Shown here: piece after piece, positions 9,160 through 17,632 of the stretch
How the letters are laid out: every line of letters begins with the position of its first letter
Numbering within the stretch: position 1 is the first letter of the stretch
IMG/VR virus record: IMGVR_UViG_3300010396_000010
Coordinates: 8,350 to 72,349 of that record
Reading direction: 5' to 3' (one strand)
Length of the DNA stretch: 64,000 nucleotides
DNA from: a virus
Translations under genes and position numbers: made by a program
The notes under the pieces: model-generated
Told to the model about the DNA's origin: nothing
Database searches by the model: none
What the model saw: only the letters and a program-made list of their open reading frames with translations

Positions 9160-9794
9160 GGACCGAGATTAACGATGTACTCCAGTGCTTCTGCGTTGCC
9201 GATCACCTTGTAAGCATGATCGCCGCAATCCCAGCAATCAAAGCGCGCTAGCCATTTCTTTGTTTTCCATCCTGTGTGCTGCTTGGCTTGATCTCCTGTG
9301 AGATCCAGTTTGGGATTGTAGTAAAACAACGTCACTGTGTTATCTGTTGTTTCTTTACAATCCCAGCAGAAATGCCCTGCCCTTTCTTTGGCAGTCCAAG
9401 CATCCCCGTTTTGCAGTAACTTCATGTGTTCTTTCGCACTTGCAAAAGTTTTTGGCCTTCTTTTCGTGTTTTGTTCCTGCCTATCCAGACGGCCATGCTC
9501 AGGAAATAGCAGCCCCAATGCATCTGCATTGGGGAGCATACCTAGATGATAATCTTCACTTTCGTTGTAGCGTGCCGCTCCATCAAGTGCATCATCAAGG
9601 ACGTAGAAAACGCCGTTCATGATACGACCAAGGACACGATCAAAAACGACATAGCCGTTACTGATTGGCAATACGGCATGACGCGCCTTTAAGAAGTTTG
9701 GTGTACCAGCGTTCTCTTGTGCTGGTTTCCATCCGGTCATCCTTAGTACCGTCTCTGCTATCTGCAAGGATTTTGAATTGACTTGCTGTGTCAT
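9150..9794 (-). CDS. hypothetical protein with CxxC...CxxC zinc finger
   Basis: ATGA overlap with the integrase stop; CWDC motif twice. Confidence 0.6.
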   Translation of the reverse strand: MTQQVNSKSLQIAETVLRMTGWKPAQENAGTPNFLKARHAVLPISNGYVVFDRVLGRIMNGVFYVLDDALDGAARYNESEDYHLGMLPNADALGLLFPEHGRLDRQEQNTKRRPKTFASAKEHMKLLQNGDAWTAKERAGHFCWDCKETTDNTVTLFYYNPKLDLTGDQAKQHTGWKTKKWLARFDCWDCGDHAYKVIGNAEALEYIVNLGPWS

Positions 9795-11137
9795 GCTTCG
9801 TTCCCTTCTCTGAGATAAAGTGTTGCCTGGTTTTCGCCCTCTTGCGTCCACCGCTGCCAGAAGGTGTGCCAATCCTGCTGCATCAGTGCCGCGACGATGG
9901 CGTGGCAGTCAGCCTCAGAATCAGCATAGATGGCGATGGCACGCCTCAGTACTTCCCATTGCTTCTCGGTGAGCGAGGGGCAAGAAGCGGCAATGGCGAG
10001 GGGCGGCATCTCGCCACTAAGGATCTGCTGCATCACCACTGTTGCCGCCTGGTGCATGGCGGGCGTCGCGTGCGAGTAGAGGTCGAGCGTGACGGCGATA
10101 CTACTGTGTCCTAACATCTCGCTCACCAGTTTGGGGTGCATCCCCGCTTCGAGCAAGAGCGTGGCGGCAGTGTGGCGCATGTCGTGAAAGCGAATCTCCG
10201 GTATGCCCGCCCGCTTAATAGCAGGCTTGAAGTACCGGGTGGTTGCGCTTTCCGGGCCAACGGGCGTTCCTAGCGTCGTCGTGAAGACTAAGCCATGCTC
10301 GTTATGCCAGCGGTCGCCCATCGCCTCGGCTTCCTCTTGCTGCCGCTCACAATGGCGTTGTAAGGCGTCAATCGCCAACGAGGTCAGACAAACGGTATGC
10401 GTGGACGCATGCGTCTTGGGCTGCTTCATCGTGAGCTTGCCCTTGATGCGCTGCAAGTTGCCCCGCACTTGAATCCATCCCCGTTCCAAATCGACGGTTG
10501 ACCAGCGTAGACCAAAAAGTTCCCCTTCGCGCATGCCGGTTGAGAGTGCGAGAACAAACAAGGCTTCGTAACGGTCGCCCTTGATGACATCAAGAAACCG
10601 CCGCGCCTCATTGACGCTCCACGTTGTATGTTCCTTGCGGTCCTTGCGGGGTGCCTCAATCATGTCGGCGGGATTGCGTAGGAGCACGCCCTGCTTTACC
10701 GCTGCTTCAAGGGCGATGTGCAGGATGCGGTGAATATGATTCACTGTTGTTCCTGACAGCCCCTCTTTGAATCGCTGTGCATAGAGCTTTTGCAGATGCG
10801 CAGCGGTGAGTTTGCTTGGGGCAATGTCCATCAGTTCTTGGAAGTAGAGGCGAACACATTTGCGGTAGTTTTCCGCTGTTTTTCCTGGTCGGCTCTGTTC
10901 CTTGTTCGCCAGCCATACCTCAAAGAACTGCCGCAACGTGGTGAAGTCGTTACCGGGCATCATGCCCCGCTGGTGTTCCGCCTCAGCCAGCAGCGCCTTG
11001 ATCTTGGCCTGGACGCCAGCGCGTGTGTCATCCCGAACGGTTCTGCGTTTGCCGTCTGGCATCGACACGCGCCCCATCCAACGCCCATCGGGTTGTTTCG
11101 TGTAGGTGCCTTCGTTGTTGCCTCTGCGACCGGCCAT
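9791..11137 (-). CDS. int: tyrosine integrase
   Basis: N-terminal RRGNNEGT arm domain, TGMREGEL, RFHDMRH, LGHS, DLYSH. Confidence 0.97.
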   Translation of the reverse strand: MAGRRGNNEGTYTKQPDGRWMGRVSMPDGKRRTVRDDTRAGVQAKIKALLAEAEHQRGMMPGNDFTTLRQFFEVWLANKEQSRPGKTAENYRKCVRLYFQELMDIAPSKLTAAHLQKLYAQRFKEGLSGTTVNHIHRILHIALEAAVKQGVLLRNPADMIEAPRKDRKEHTTWSVNEARRFLDVIKGDRYEALFVLALSTGMREGELFGLRWSTVDLERGWIQVRGNLQRIKGKLTMKQPKTHASTHTVCLTSLAIDALQRHCERQQEEAEAMGDRWHNEHGLVFTTTLGTPVGPESATTRYFKPAIKRAGIPEIRFHDMRHTAATLLLEAGMHPKLVSEMLGHSSIAVTLDLYSHATPAMHQAATVVMQQILSGEMPPLAIAASCPSLTEKQWEVLRRAIAIYADSEADCHAIVAALMQQDWHTFWQRWTQEGENQATLYLREGNEA

Positions 11138-11349
11138 TAGAAGTCGCCCCCGGCGAGGCGGTCCAGTTCCTTTTGCGAGATGCGGCGCACACGCGGGCTG
11201 ATTTGCTTGGCGCGAATGATGCCAATGGTGATCATGCGGCGCACCGTGTCTTGGCTGACTTTCAGGATAGTTGCCGCCTCTTTGACGGTGTAGAACTGCT
11301 CTTTACGTGCAGGTGGCAGCATAGCGATGCTTTGAAGTGCTGGTTGCAT
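11137..11349 (-). CDS. xis: excisionase (HTH_17)
   Basis: FYTVKEAATILKVSQDTVRRMI; stop overlaps the int start. Confidence 0.85.
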   Translation of the reverse strand: MQPALQSIAMLPPARKEQFYTVKEAATILKVSQDTVRRMITIGIIRAKQISPRVRRISQKELDRLAGGDF

Positions 11350-11396
11350 GGGTTTTTGTCCTTTCTGTTACGCTGTAATCACGTTGACCTGGCTAC

Positions 11397-11448
11397 AGTA
11401 TGCCATAACGACTAATACTTGTCAATAGGACATGATATATGGTATGGT
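11397..11448. promoter_or_regulatory. overlapping divergent promoters (xis-int versus J-domain operon)
   Basis: minus: TTGACA-17-CATACT; plus: ACTAATAC-TTGTCA-18-TATGGT. Confidence 0.55.
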
Positions 11449-11469
11449 GTAGGCAGAAAGGATCAGGAC

Positions 11470-12036
11470 ATGCTCTTAACAAGGCTTGAAGCGGCTGCGG
11501 GTAAGCAGGGCGGATGGATCATCGAATGTGACAACCCTATGTGGCTTGCGCGATTCCTGCGATCATTGCCGCCTACCGATGCACGCCCTTTTAGCTTCGG
11601 TGGCGTGTGGTGGGTATCTGATGAGACGCTGGAAATGTTTGAATTTCGCTGCGATAACTTTGCGACGATGTGCCGCAGTGTTGGGCGCGAACCATCAGTG
11701 CGCCAGAAAGAGCGAGAGCGCAACCGCCAGTATTGGCAGGAGCGTAGGCGTGATCAGCAAGAGCGTGAAGAACACGAACGCCAGCAGCGCGAAGCAGAAG
11801 AACGGATACGCCAGCAGAAGCGCGAACGCCAGCAGCGCAAGCCCGCGCCACCTCCGCCACGCGGCGTGATGAATCCCTATAGACTGCTGGGCATCAAGTC
11901 AGGGGCGACGCTACCGGAAATCAAGAAAGCCTATCGCGCCCTCGCCCTAAAGCATCATCCCGATCATGGGGGCGACATTGAACTGATGAAGCGAATCAAC
12001 CTGGCCTACGAGAAACTGACGAAAGGACGAAGATGA
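11470..12036 (+). CDS. J-domain (DnaJ-type) protein
   Basis: C-terminal NPYRLLGI...IKKAYRALALKHHPDHGG with the HPD motif. Confidence 0.9.
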   Translation: MLLTRLEAAAGKQGGWIIECDNPMWLARFLRSLPPTDARPFSFGGVWWVSDETLEMFEFRCDNFATMCRSVGREPSVRQKERERNRQYWQERRRDQQEREEHERQQREAEERIRQQKRERQQRKPAPPPPRGVMNPYRLLGIKSGATLPEIKKAYRALALKHHPDHGGDIELMKRINLAYEKLTKGRR

Positions 12037-12281
12037 AAGACAACCAATTTGCCCATGCGAATGTAGGGTGGGCGCTCTGCCCCAAGTGCGGCGGTCGTAA
12101 ACGGTTTATCCACCACAAGGACTGTCGTTGCCCTACGTGCCAGCGAGAGTATACGTGGCAAGAAGTGATGCGAGATGGCCCACAGGGCAAACTTGCCTGT
12201 GGGCATGATTGGGGGGCGCTGCACCTCGAAAGCGAAGTGGTGTTTTGTCCTGAGTGTGGCGGAACGGGGTTACGAGGATGA
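12033..12281 (+). CDS. zinc-finger protein
   Basis: CPKCGG, CPTC, CPECGGTG. Confidence 0.6.
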   Translation: MKDNQFAHANVGWALCPKCGGRKRFIHHKDCRCPTCQREYTWQEVMRDGPQGKLACGHDWGALHLESEVVFCPECGGTGLRG

Positions 12282-12296
12282 AGGAGAACAATAGTC

Positions 12297-12560
12297 ATGA
12301 CGCCTGATCCTCGACAAACTCTTATTGAGCAAATCGCCCATTCCCGCGCCATCGACAACGACGCAGGATGGTGGGAATGCATGCACTGCGAAATGGACGG
12401 ACCGCGCATCGAAGTCTTGGTCCAGTTCACGCCTTTGTCCCCTGCGAGGTTTCGTGGACGCCCCACCCATAACCTCAACTGCCCTGTCATACAATGCCGC
12501 TTGCTTCTAGGGTGGGATCTGGAAAAGGCGATGCGGTATGATTGGGAACACGACGACTAA
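12297..12560 (+). CDS. hypothetical Cys/His protein
   Basis: AAGGAG SD; CMHC...HNLNCP. Confidence 0.6.
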   Translation: MTPDPRQTLIEQIAHSRAIDNDAGWWECMHCEMDGPRIEVLVQFTPLSPARFRGRPTHNLNCPVIQCRLLLGWDLEKAMRYDWEHDD

Positions 12561-12796
12561 CCCCCAACCGTCGCGCCCTAGTGAGGCAAGGACGCCTTCG
12601 CCATGTCGAGTAGACTCATTGTCCATCGTGATCCAGAATCGTGCCTACAGCGCGTTACACGACTGCCCGTCCGTGTGCTGTGTAGGCAATATGCAGGAAT
12701 TACCCCAAAACGCTGTTGACAGTAGCCAACGAAAAGTGGTAAGATGTGTCTAAGAAACATTAGTAATCTTTGCATAAACGGCGCGAAAGGAGGCTA

Positions 12797-13774
12797 GTGG
12801 TGGATAGTGAACTGACAACTCATTCGCTTGATGACATGATCGAGCAATGGGTTAGGGCAAAGTTCCAAATAACCAAAAGCGAAAGAACGGCAAAGGCATA
12901 TATCGAAACACTGATACGGTTTCGCTCTTGGCTGCAACGCCATGATCTTGATTTGGATAGTCCAGCACAAGTTATTGTGCCAAAGGCTCTTGAATGGCTA
13001 GCGCAGTCACGGCATCCAAGTAAGAAGGAAGTTACCGCAGGTACATTCAATCAGCGTCGAGCCATTCTTTCCAGTTTCTACACCTACGCCATTCGTCAAG
13101 GCTACGCCATTGAAGTGAATCCAATGCTGCGCATCGATCCCATGCGTGGTGCTGCCCGTCGAGGAACGCAAGGTGTTTCAATTGAAACCGTCAGGCAAAA
13201 TCTTCTTGCCATCAATCAGTCAACATTGGTGGGTTTGCGTGACTTTGCCCTTATAGAATTTGCAGCTATGACGGGCAAACGCGCACATGAGTTGATCGCA
13301 CTCAACTTGGGCGATCTTCACGTTCAAAATGACGGCGTTCTCATTGCATGGGAAACACTGAAAGGTGGAGATAAGCAGGAGCGGTTATATGAGTACCCGC
13401 ACGCGGCTAACCTCCTGCGCTATCTCATGGTACAGTATGGCCCCGAATGGCCCTCGCTCCCGAAGGGTACTCCGGTTTGGTCGTCACAATCCTTCAATAC
13501 AGGAAAAGACGGCAAGCGCCTAACTCGCAATGGGTTGGCGTATATCTACGAACGCCGCATTGGAACGACGAAGGTTCATGACACGCGCCGCATATTCGCA
13601 CAAACAGCGTTTCGTGTGGGCGCATCAGCACCACAGGTTCAGCAGCTTATGGGGCATCGCACTCTTGCGGCAACACAACGCTATGCAGAGGCAGAACAAA
13701 CAGCCATCAACCCATTTGCTAACAAAATGGGAAAATTGCTCGGCTTAACTGCCGACGAACAGAAAGAGGATTAG
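12797..13774 (+). CDS. second tyrosine recombinase (XerC/D-like, no arm-binding domain)
   Basis: GKRAHEL, LKGG, HDTR, LMGH, TQRY catalytic set; AAGGAGG SD before GTG 12797; TTGACA-17-TAAGAT-like promoter near 12716. Confidence 0.9.
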   Translation: MVDSELTTHSLDDMIEQWVRAKFQITKSERTAKAYIETLIRFRSWLQRHDLDLDSPAQVIVPKALEWLAQSRHPSKKEVTAGTFNQRRAILSSFYTYAIRQGYAIEVNPMLRIDPMRGAARRGTQGVSIETVRQNLLAINQSTLVGLRDFALIEFAAMTGKRAHELIALNLGDLHVQNDGVLIAWETLKGGDKQERLYEYPHAANLLRYLMVQYGPEWPSLPKGTPVWSSQSFNTGKDGKRLTRNGLAYIYERRIGTTKVHDTRRIFAQTAFRVGASAPQVQQLMGHRTLAATQRYAEAEQTAINPFANKMGKLLGLTADEQKED

Positions 13775-13777
13775 GAC

Positions 13778-14623
13778 ATGAAAGTTATCAAATCGGGACT
13801 CATCGACTCTGAGGACACGCTTGTTCGACTTGGCATTATTGACTTCGGGCGTAACAATGATAAGTTATTTGATGGACCCCACAATGCGATTCGCTTGGTC
13901 AGCCTGTTTTGTGTGCAAACTATGTCATATACCGTGCTTGAACAAGACCTCGAACAATATGAAGCGCAACCGGGAATGCCAGATTGGCATCATGTAGGCG
14001 TTCATGAGGGTATCGGTCGCAGGTATTGGAATATGTTCAAGACTCATTTCCCTTCCAGCATTCTCAAATTTCATGATTCACCTGACTTCTCAGGAGAGTT
14101 GCGCGAACCTCATATGGATGTCGATTTTGCGGGAGATATAGGTACTGTTTCAGCAAGCGCATTTTTGGATAGTATCAGGCGAATGCTGCCCGGCGATCTA
14201 TGGATTTCCGTAGGCGACAAGACGCAAGTGATCTTGGAGGCGCATTTATCTCACCCACTGCTATCTCGAAGGTATTCAACCAATTTTCTTGCTGAAAATG
14301 ATCCCTTTCCTAATATGGCTAAGTCATGGAAGGATTTTGTCAATGACTATGGATACGATGTGAATTGGGGTGAGGAGGAATACGGGAAGATAAAGGATGC
14401 TTATCTTTCCCAAAGAGCGGATTTACGCAAGCGCATGAGAGCAGAAAACACCGATCCGTTTGCCATTCAAGCGGCAGATTTTGGGTTTTACTGGACGTTT
14501 ATGCGCCGACTAAAAGAAAACAGTGTGCAAGCTGCCGCCCCGAATAATCCGCTGCGTAGCGAACTCCAACAACTTCGCGCACGTATGGCAGAAATTGAAC
14601 GCCAACTAGCAGAGAAGGGCTAG
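13778..14623 (+). CDS. hypothetical protein
   Basis: 281-aa ORF with SD, lower GC than its surroundings. Confidence 0.65.
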   Translation: MKVIKSGLIDSEDTLVRLGIIDFGRNNDKLFDGPHNAIRLVSLFCVQTMSYTVLEQDLEQYEAQPGMPDWHHVGVHEGIGRRYWNMFKTHFPSSILKFHDSPDFSGELREPHMDVDFAGDIGTVSASAFLDSIRRMLPGDLWISVGDKTQVILEAHLSHPLLSRRYSTNFLAENDPFPNMAKSWKDFVNDYGYDVNWGEEEYGKIKDAYLSQRADLRKRMRAENTDPFAIQAADFGFYWTFMRRLKENSVQAAAPNNPLRSELQQLRARMAEIERQLAEKG

Positions 14624-14727
14624 GGCATTTTTCCAAGATTAGGGAATAGTGGGTGCTATGTCGGATACTTGACATAGCACCCTTTCCTTTGGCGGTGCGC
14701 GAAAAAGATAACGTGAAGGAGATGTAC

Positions 14728-14943
14728 ATGCAAAAGTGGGAATACCTCGTTATGACCGTTGGCCCGAACGATAAGTTGAATGTTCGGGCTATGGGTGAAA
14801 TGGGGGCTGATGGATGGGAACTCGCAGGGATAATGCCTAACGTGAAACCATTTCAACAATCAGCCGGAACGATCAGTATCGGATCTCAACTTGGCACTGA
14901 AAACAAACTGATCTTTAAGCGTCCGGTTCAAGAAGGGGAATAA
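14728..14943 (+). CDS. DUF4177-like protein
   Basis: MQKWEY...GADGWEL...LIFKRP signature. Confidence 0.8.
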   Translation: MQKWEYLVMTVGPNDKLNVRAMGEMGADGWELAGIMPNVKPFQQSAGTISIGSQLGTENKLIFKRPVQEGE

Positions 14944-14947
14944 ACAC

Positions 14948-14988
14948 AAAAGCGGAGGGCGGGATCAGGTGATCCCGCCCTCCGCTTT
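14948..14988. terminator. bidirectional intrinsic terminator
   Basis: AAAA-GCGGAGGGCGGGATCA-GG-TGATCCCGCCCTCCGC-TTT. Confidence 0.9.
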
Positions 14989-15104
14989 GCCGAGGCTCCA
15001 ACACACCCCACCTGCGCATGGTGGTTGCCTCTGCCGTGTGTCGGCGGCGCTGGCGCACCACACCTAGCTTATGCGATGCTCAACCGATGGGTGAATGGTA
15101 CCGG

Positions 15105-15178
15105 CGGGGCCAGTCGGACTTGCACCTACTCTATCACTCGTGGAAAAGCGACGTGCTACTCTTACACTATCTAGCCCC
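15105..15178 (-). tRNA. atypical tRNA-like element (UCC/Gly-like anticodon)
   Basis: GGGGCTA/TGGCCCC acceptor, GTGT/GCAC D-stem, TCGCT/AGTGA anticodon stem, GTAGG-TGCAAGT-CCGAC T-arm; several irregularities. Confidence 0.55.
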
Positions 15179-15334
15179 ATGTATGCCCCAGGCGCTATGT
15201 ACTCCCCTTCGCTGGCTTGTCACTATTCGCTAGTGCAACAACCGGTAGTCGCGTTCGGACTGCATGCCGGTCCTCGGAGAGCCGTTCGTCATCACCAGAA
15301 GGGCATACGTTCCAGTGATGCAGTAGGCACTTCC

Positions 15335-15363
15335 ATCATAGCATATCGCCTACATGTTGTCAA
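15335..15363 (-). promoter_or_regulatory. promoter of the ~380-nt RNA
   Basis: TTGACA-17-TATGAT with GATATG/extended -10. Confidence 0.75.
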
Positions 15364-15374
15364 CAACCTACACG

Positions 15375-15461
15375 AAAACGCCCACCCGCTCAACGTCTGC
15401 GCAGACCGGAGCGGATGGGCGTCTATCACAAGATGCAGCGGGAGACAAAACCTACTGCACG
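15375..15461 (-). ncRNA. predicted trans-acting antisense sRNA (~87 nt)
   Basis: Promoter, 5' hairpin with a UUUUGUCU loop, single-stranded UCUUGUGAUAG, 14-bp terminator stem plus UUUU; seeds complementary to five distant leaders. Confidence 0.75.
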
Positions 15462-15466
15462 TGTTC

Positions 15467-15495
15467 AGTGTCGCATAGACCAGCGCGTGCGTCAA
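15467..15495 (-). promoter_or_regulatory. promoter of the antisense sRNA
   Basis: TTGACG-17-GACACT with TG extension. Confidence 0.6.
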
Positions 15496-15513
15496 GCGCC
15501 ATAGACAGAATGC

Positions 15514-16818
15514 CTAGTTAAATTGGCTGGCGGCATATTGCAGCGCGAGGTCCAGCAGGAACCGATCCTGTGAAGGCTGCAAGATAGCGAGCTCCAGTTG
15601 CACGCTATCGAACTGGTAGGTGAGTCCGGCGATAGTGACGGTCTGATTGATCTGCGCCCCCGGCGAGGCGTCCCACACGTCCACATCCCATACCGCCTGA
15701 TCCCAAAGCGTATTTCCGGCATTGTGGTTGGGGTTCTCGATGCGGCAGGTTTGCCCCACCTGGATCGTTTCGATGTCGTAGCCCAGCCCGGAGGTGTCGC
15801 CCCGATTATCGACAATGGTGATCGTGCTGCGATATTGCACCACATCTTGCTCGGCCAGGGTGGCTTGCGCGTAGCGTGTGGCCGTCGCGGCGTCGATCAG
15901 GCGTGGCTCCACGATGACCAGCGTGCGCCGACCATAGATGCTCACATCCGCCGAGGTTGCCCGCGCCGTCACGCCCGTTCCCACCACATAGATATCATTC
16001 TTTAAGGTGGTGTAATCCTTCTCATATTGGGGCTGGTTGATGTGCTTGCCGACGATGAAGGTGTGCGTCGGTGTCGTCGCGGCCTGGGCGAAGGTGACGG
16101 TCTTGGTGGCGTGGTTGGTGCGCCAGAACCAATTTTGTGGCGCGATGGTGCGTACTGCCTCGAAGAACTCCGCGAGGCTTTGGTTGTGAAACTGCAACTG
16201 ATAGGTTGCGCCACTGCTGGACGGGTTGGCGGGATCGAGGGTAAGCGGATTGGGATACGGGTTTCCTGTCACGGGATCGTTATTGCCGAAGGGCCAGTTA
16301 AACATGGTCACTGGATCAACATAGGTGCCAGGGCTGCCCGCCGTGCCGAAGTTCTGCGTGCCGATGAATTTGACATCGCCCAACACGGTATCGAAGGGCG
16401 TGAGGGTGATCTGGATCGTCTCGGTGTTGGATTCATCAATGGAGGGCATGTATTTGTCGATATAGCCCTGGTAGACCAGCCGCCCCGCCGTGAGGGTGGC
16501 GTTGTCATAGATCCAGAACTGCACCACGTTCCCGGCTTGCACGGTGCCGCGCCCTCGGTCGTCCCCAGCCTCATCGAAGTTATCAAAGGCGCGGGGCAGG
16601 GTGACGGTGATCTGATTGGTGACGGCATTGACGGCGAACTTGGGGGCGGAGGTGCCGCTACTATTGCTCTGATCGCCCAAGAGCGATGCGTCGCGCCACA
16701 CATCGAGAAATTGCCCCGCCGCGTTATAGACCTTCACCACCTGCTGCTTGACGATCAAGCGTGGCGCAGGTGGCGTGGGAATCGTGACGAGGGGATAGAC
16801 CCCTAAGAGAATCGACAT
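15514..16818 (-). CDS. minor tail / baseplate hub (Tal-like) protein
   Basis: Follows Dit; LKNDIYVVG, SIYGRR, WDQAVWD motifs. Confidence 0.8.
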   Translation of the reverse strand: MSILLGVYPLVTIPTPPAPRLIVKQQVVKVYNAAGQFLDVWRDASLLGDQSNSSGTSAPKFAVNAVTNQITVTLPRAFDNFDEAGDDRGRGTVQAGNVVQFWIYDNATLTAGRLVYQGYIDKYMPSIDESNTETIQITLTPFDTVLGDVKFIGTQNFGTAGSPGTYVDPVTMFNWPFGNNDPVTGNPYPNPLTLDPANPSSSGATYQLQFHNQSLAEFFEAVRTIAPQNWFWRTNHATKTVTFAQAATTPTHTFIVGKHINQPQYEKDYTTLKNDIYVVGTGVTARATSADVSIYGRRTLVIVEPRLIDAATATRYAQATLAEQDVVQYRSTITIVDNRGDTSGLGYDIETIQVGQTCRIENPNHNAGNTLWDQAVWDVDVWDASPGAQINQTVTIAGLTYQFDSVQLELAILQPSQDRFLLDLALQYAASQFN

Positions 16819-16822
16819 CAGC

Positions 16823-17632
16823 TCACCCTAAATACCGATTGGTCCAGGACCAGTTCATCGTGACCAGTGGCGCGGATGCGGCGTTGCCCTGCAACTGCCA
16901 GGTCGAGGTTCCCGTATCTAGCACCGGAAAGACGCCGGAGAAATCATAGAGGGTCGCCGTCGAGCCATTCTTGTAGATCAGATAGCCGTTATTGGTGGAG
17001 AGCAGCGGATCGCAGACAATGGTCACGTAGTCCCCAGCGTTGAGCGTCAGGGCTGTAATCGACAGCACGGTATTATCCGTCTGATTGGTCAGCACGAGAT
17101 TGGAGATCGCAGGAGTGCCAACATTGGTAATGGTGATGGTCGGGCGACTAAAGACCGTGCCGCCCCCGGTCACGGCAGTGGTGAAGGTGTACGGGTTGCT
17201 GCCCAAGCCAAAGAGCGTGGCGCTAGAACTGCTCGGCGCGGGCGCATACGCAAACGGCTGCTGACACTCGAAGTCGAGTTCCATTGCAACATACGACGGG
17301 TGGTTAATCACGCGCTTGCTGCTGACGCAATCGGCCACGAAATAGCGCCCATCGCCATGCAGCACCAGCGGTTGTTGTCGCTGGTAGAGGGCGAGGTCCA
17401 GCGTATCCAGCGCGGCTTCCAGCGCGGCGCGTGTCCCCGCCAGCGGCATCACGGCAACGGTGAGCTTGACCTTGCGATCATCCTGACTCTCGCCCGATTT
17501 CTTCATGCCTTCCATGCGGGCGATCTTGGTCATCACCTGCGTGATGTCCACCCAGGACAGATCCACCGCCTCCATGAAGAAGGTGAGGTTATCATGTAGC
17601 AGGAAGCCGCCATAGCTATAGGGGATCGTCAT
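16823..17632 (-). CDS. distal tail protein (Dit)
   Basis: Directly after the tape measure gene; LDFECQQPFAY, PTITI, FPVL motifs. Confidence 0.85.
   Translation of the reverse strand: MTIPYSYGGFLLHDNLTFFMEAVDLSWVDITQVMTKIARMEGMKKSGESQDDRKVKLTVAVMPLAGTRAALEAALDTLDLALYQRQQPLVLHGDGRYFVADCVSSKRVINHPSYVAMELDFECQQPFAYAPAPSSSSATLFGLGSNPYTFTTAVTGGGTVFSRPTITITNVGTPAISNLVLTNQTDNTVLSITALTLNAGDYVTIVCDPLLSTNNGYLIYKNGSTATLYDFSGVFPVLDTGTSTWQLQGNAASAPLVTMNWSWTNRYLG

Larger units (their letters stand above)
14948..15328 (-). ncRNA. predicted ~380-nt structured ncRNA containing a tRNA-like domain
   Basis: Own promoter and terminator; many helices; no credible ORF. Confidence 0.6.

Noticed and set aside
14990-15104. 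Theta/HDV-like ribozyme 3' of the tRNA-like element
   Set aside because: I could not build the P1/P1.1/P3 nested pseudoknot or find the L3 consensus
15018-15495. ORFs 15018-15233, 15095-15478 and 15292-15495
   Set aside because: No SD or protein-like features; the region is better explained by promoter- and terminator-bounded RNAs
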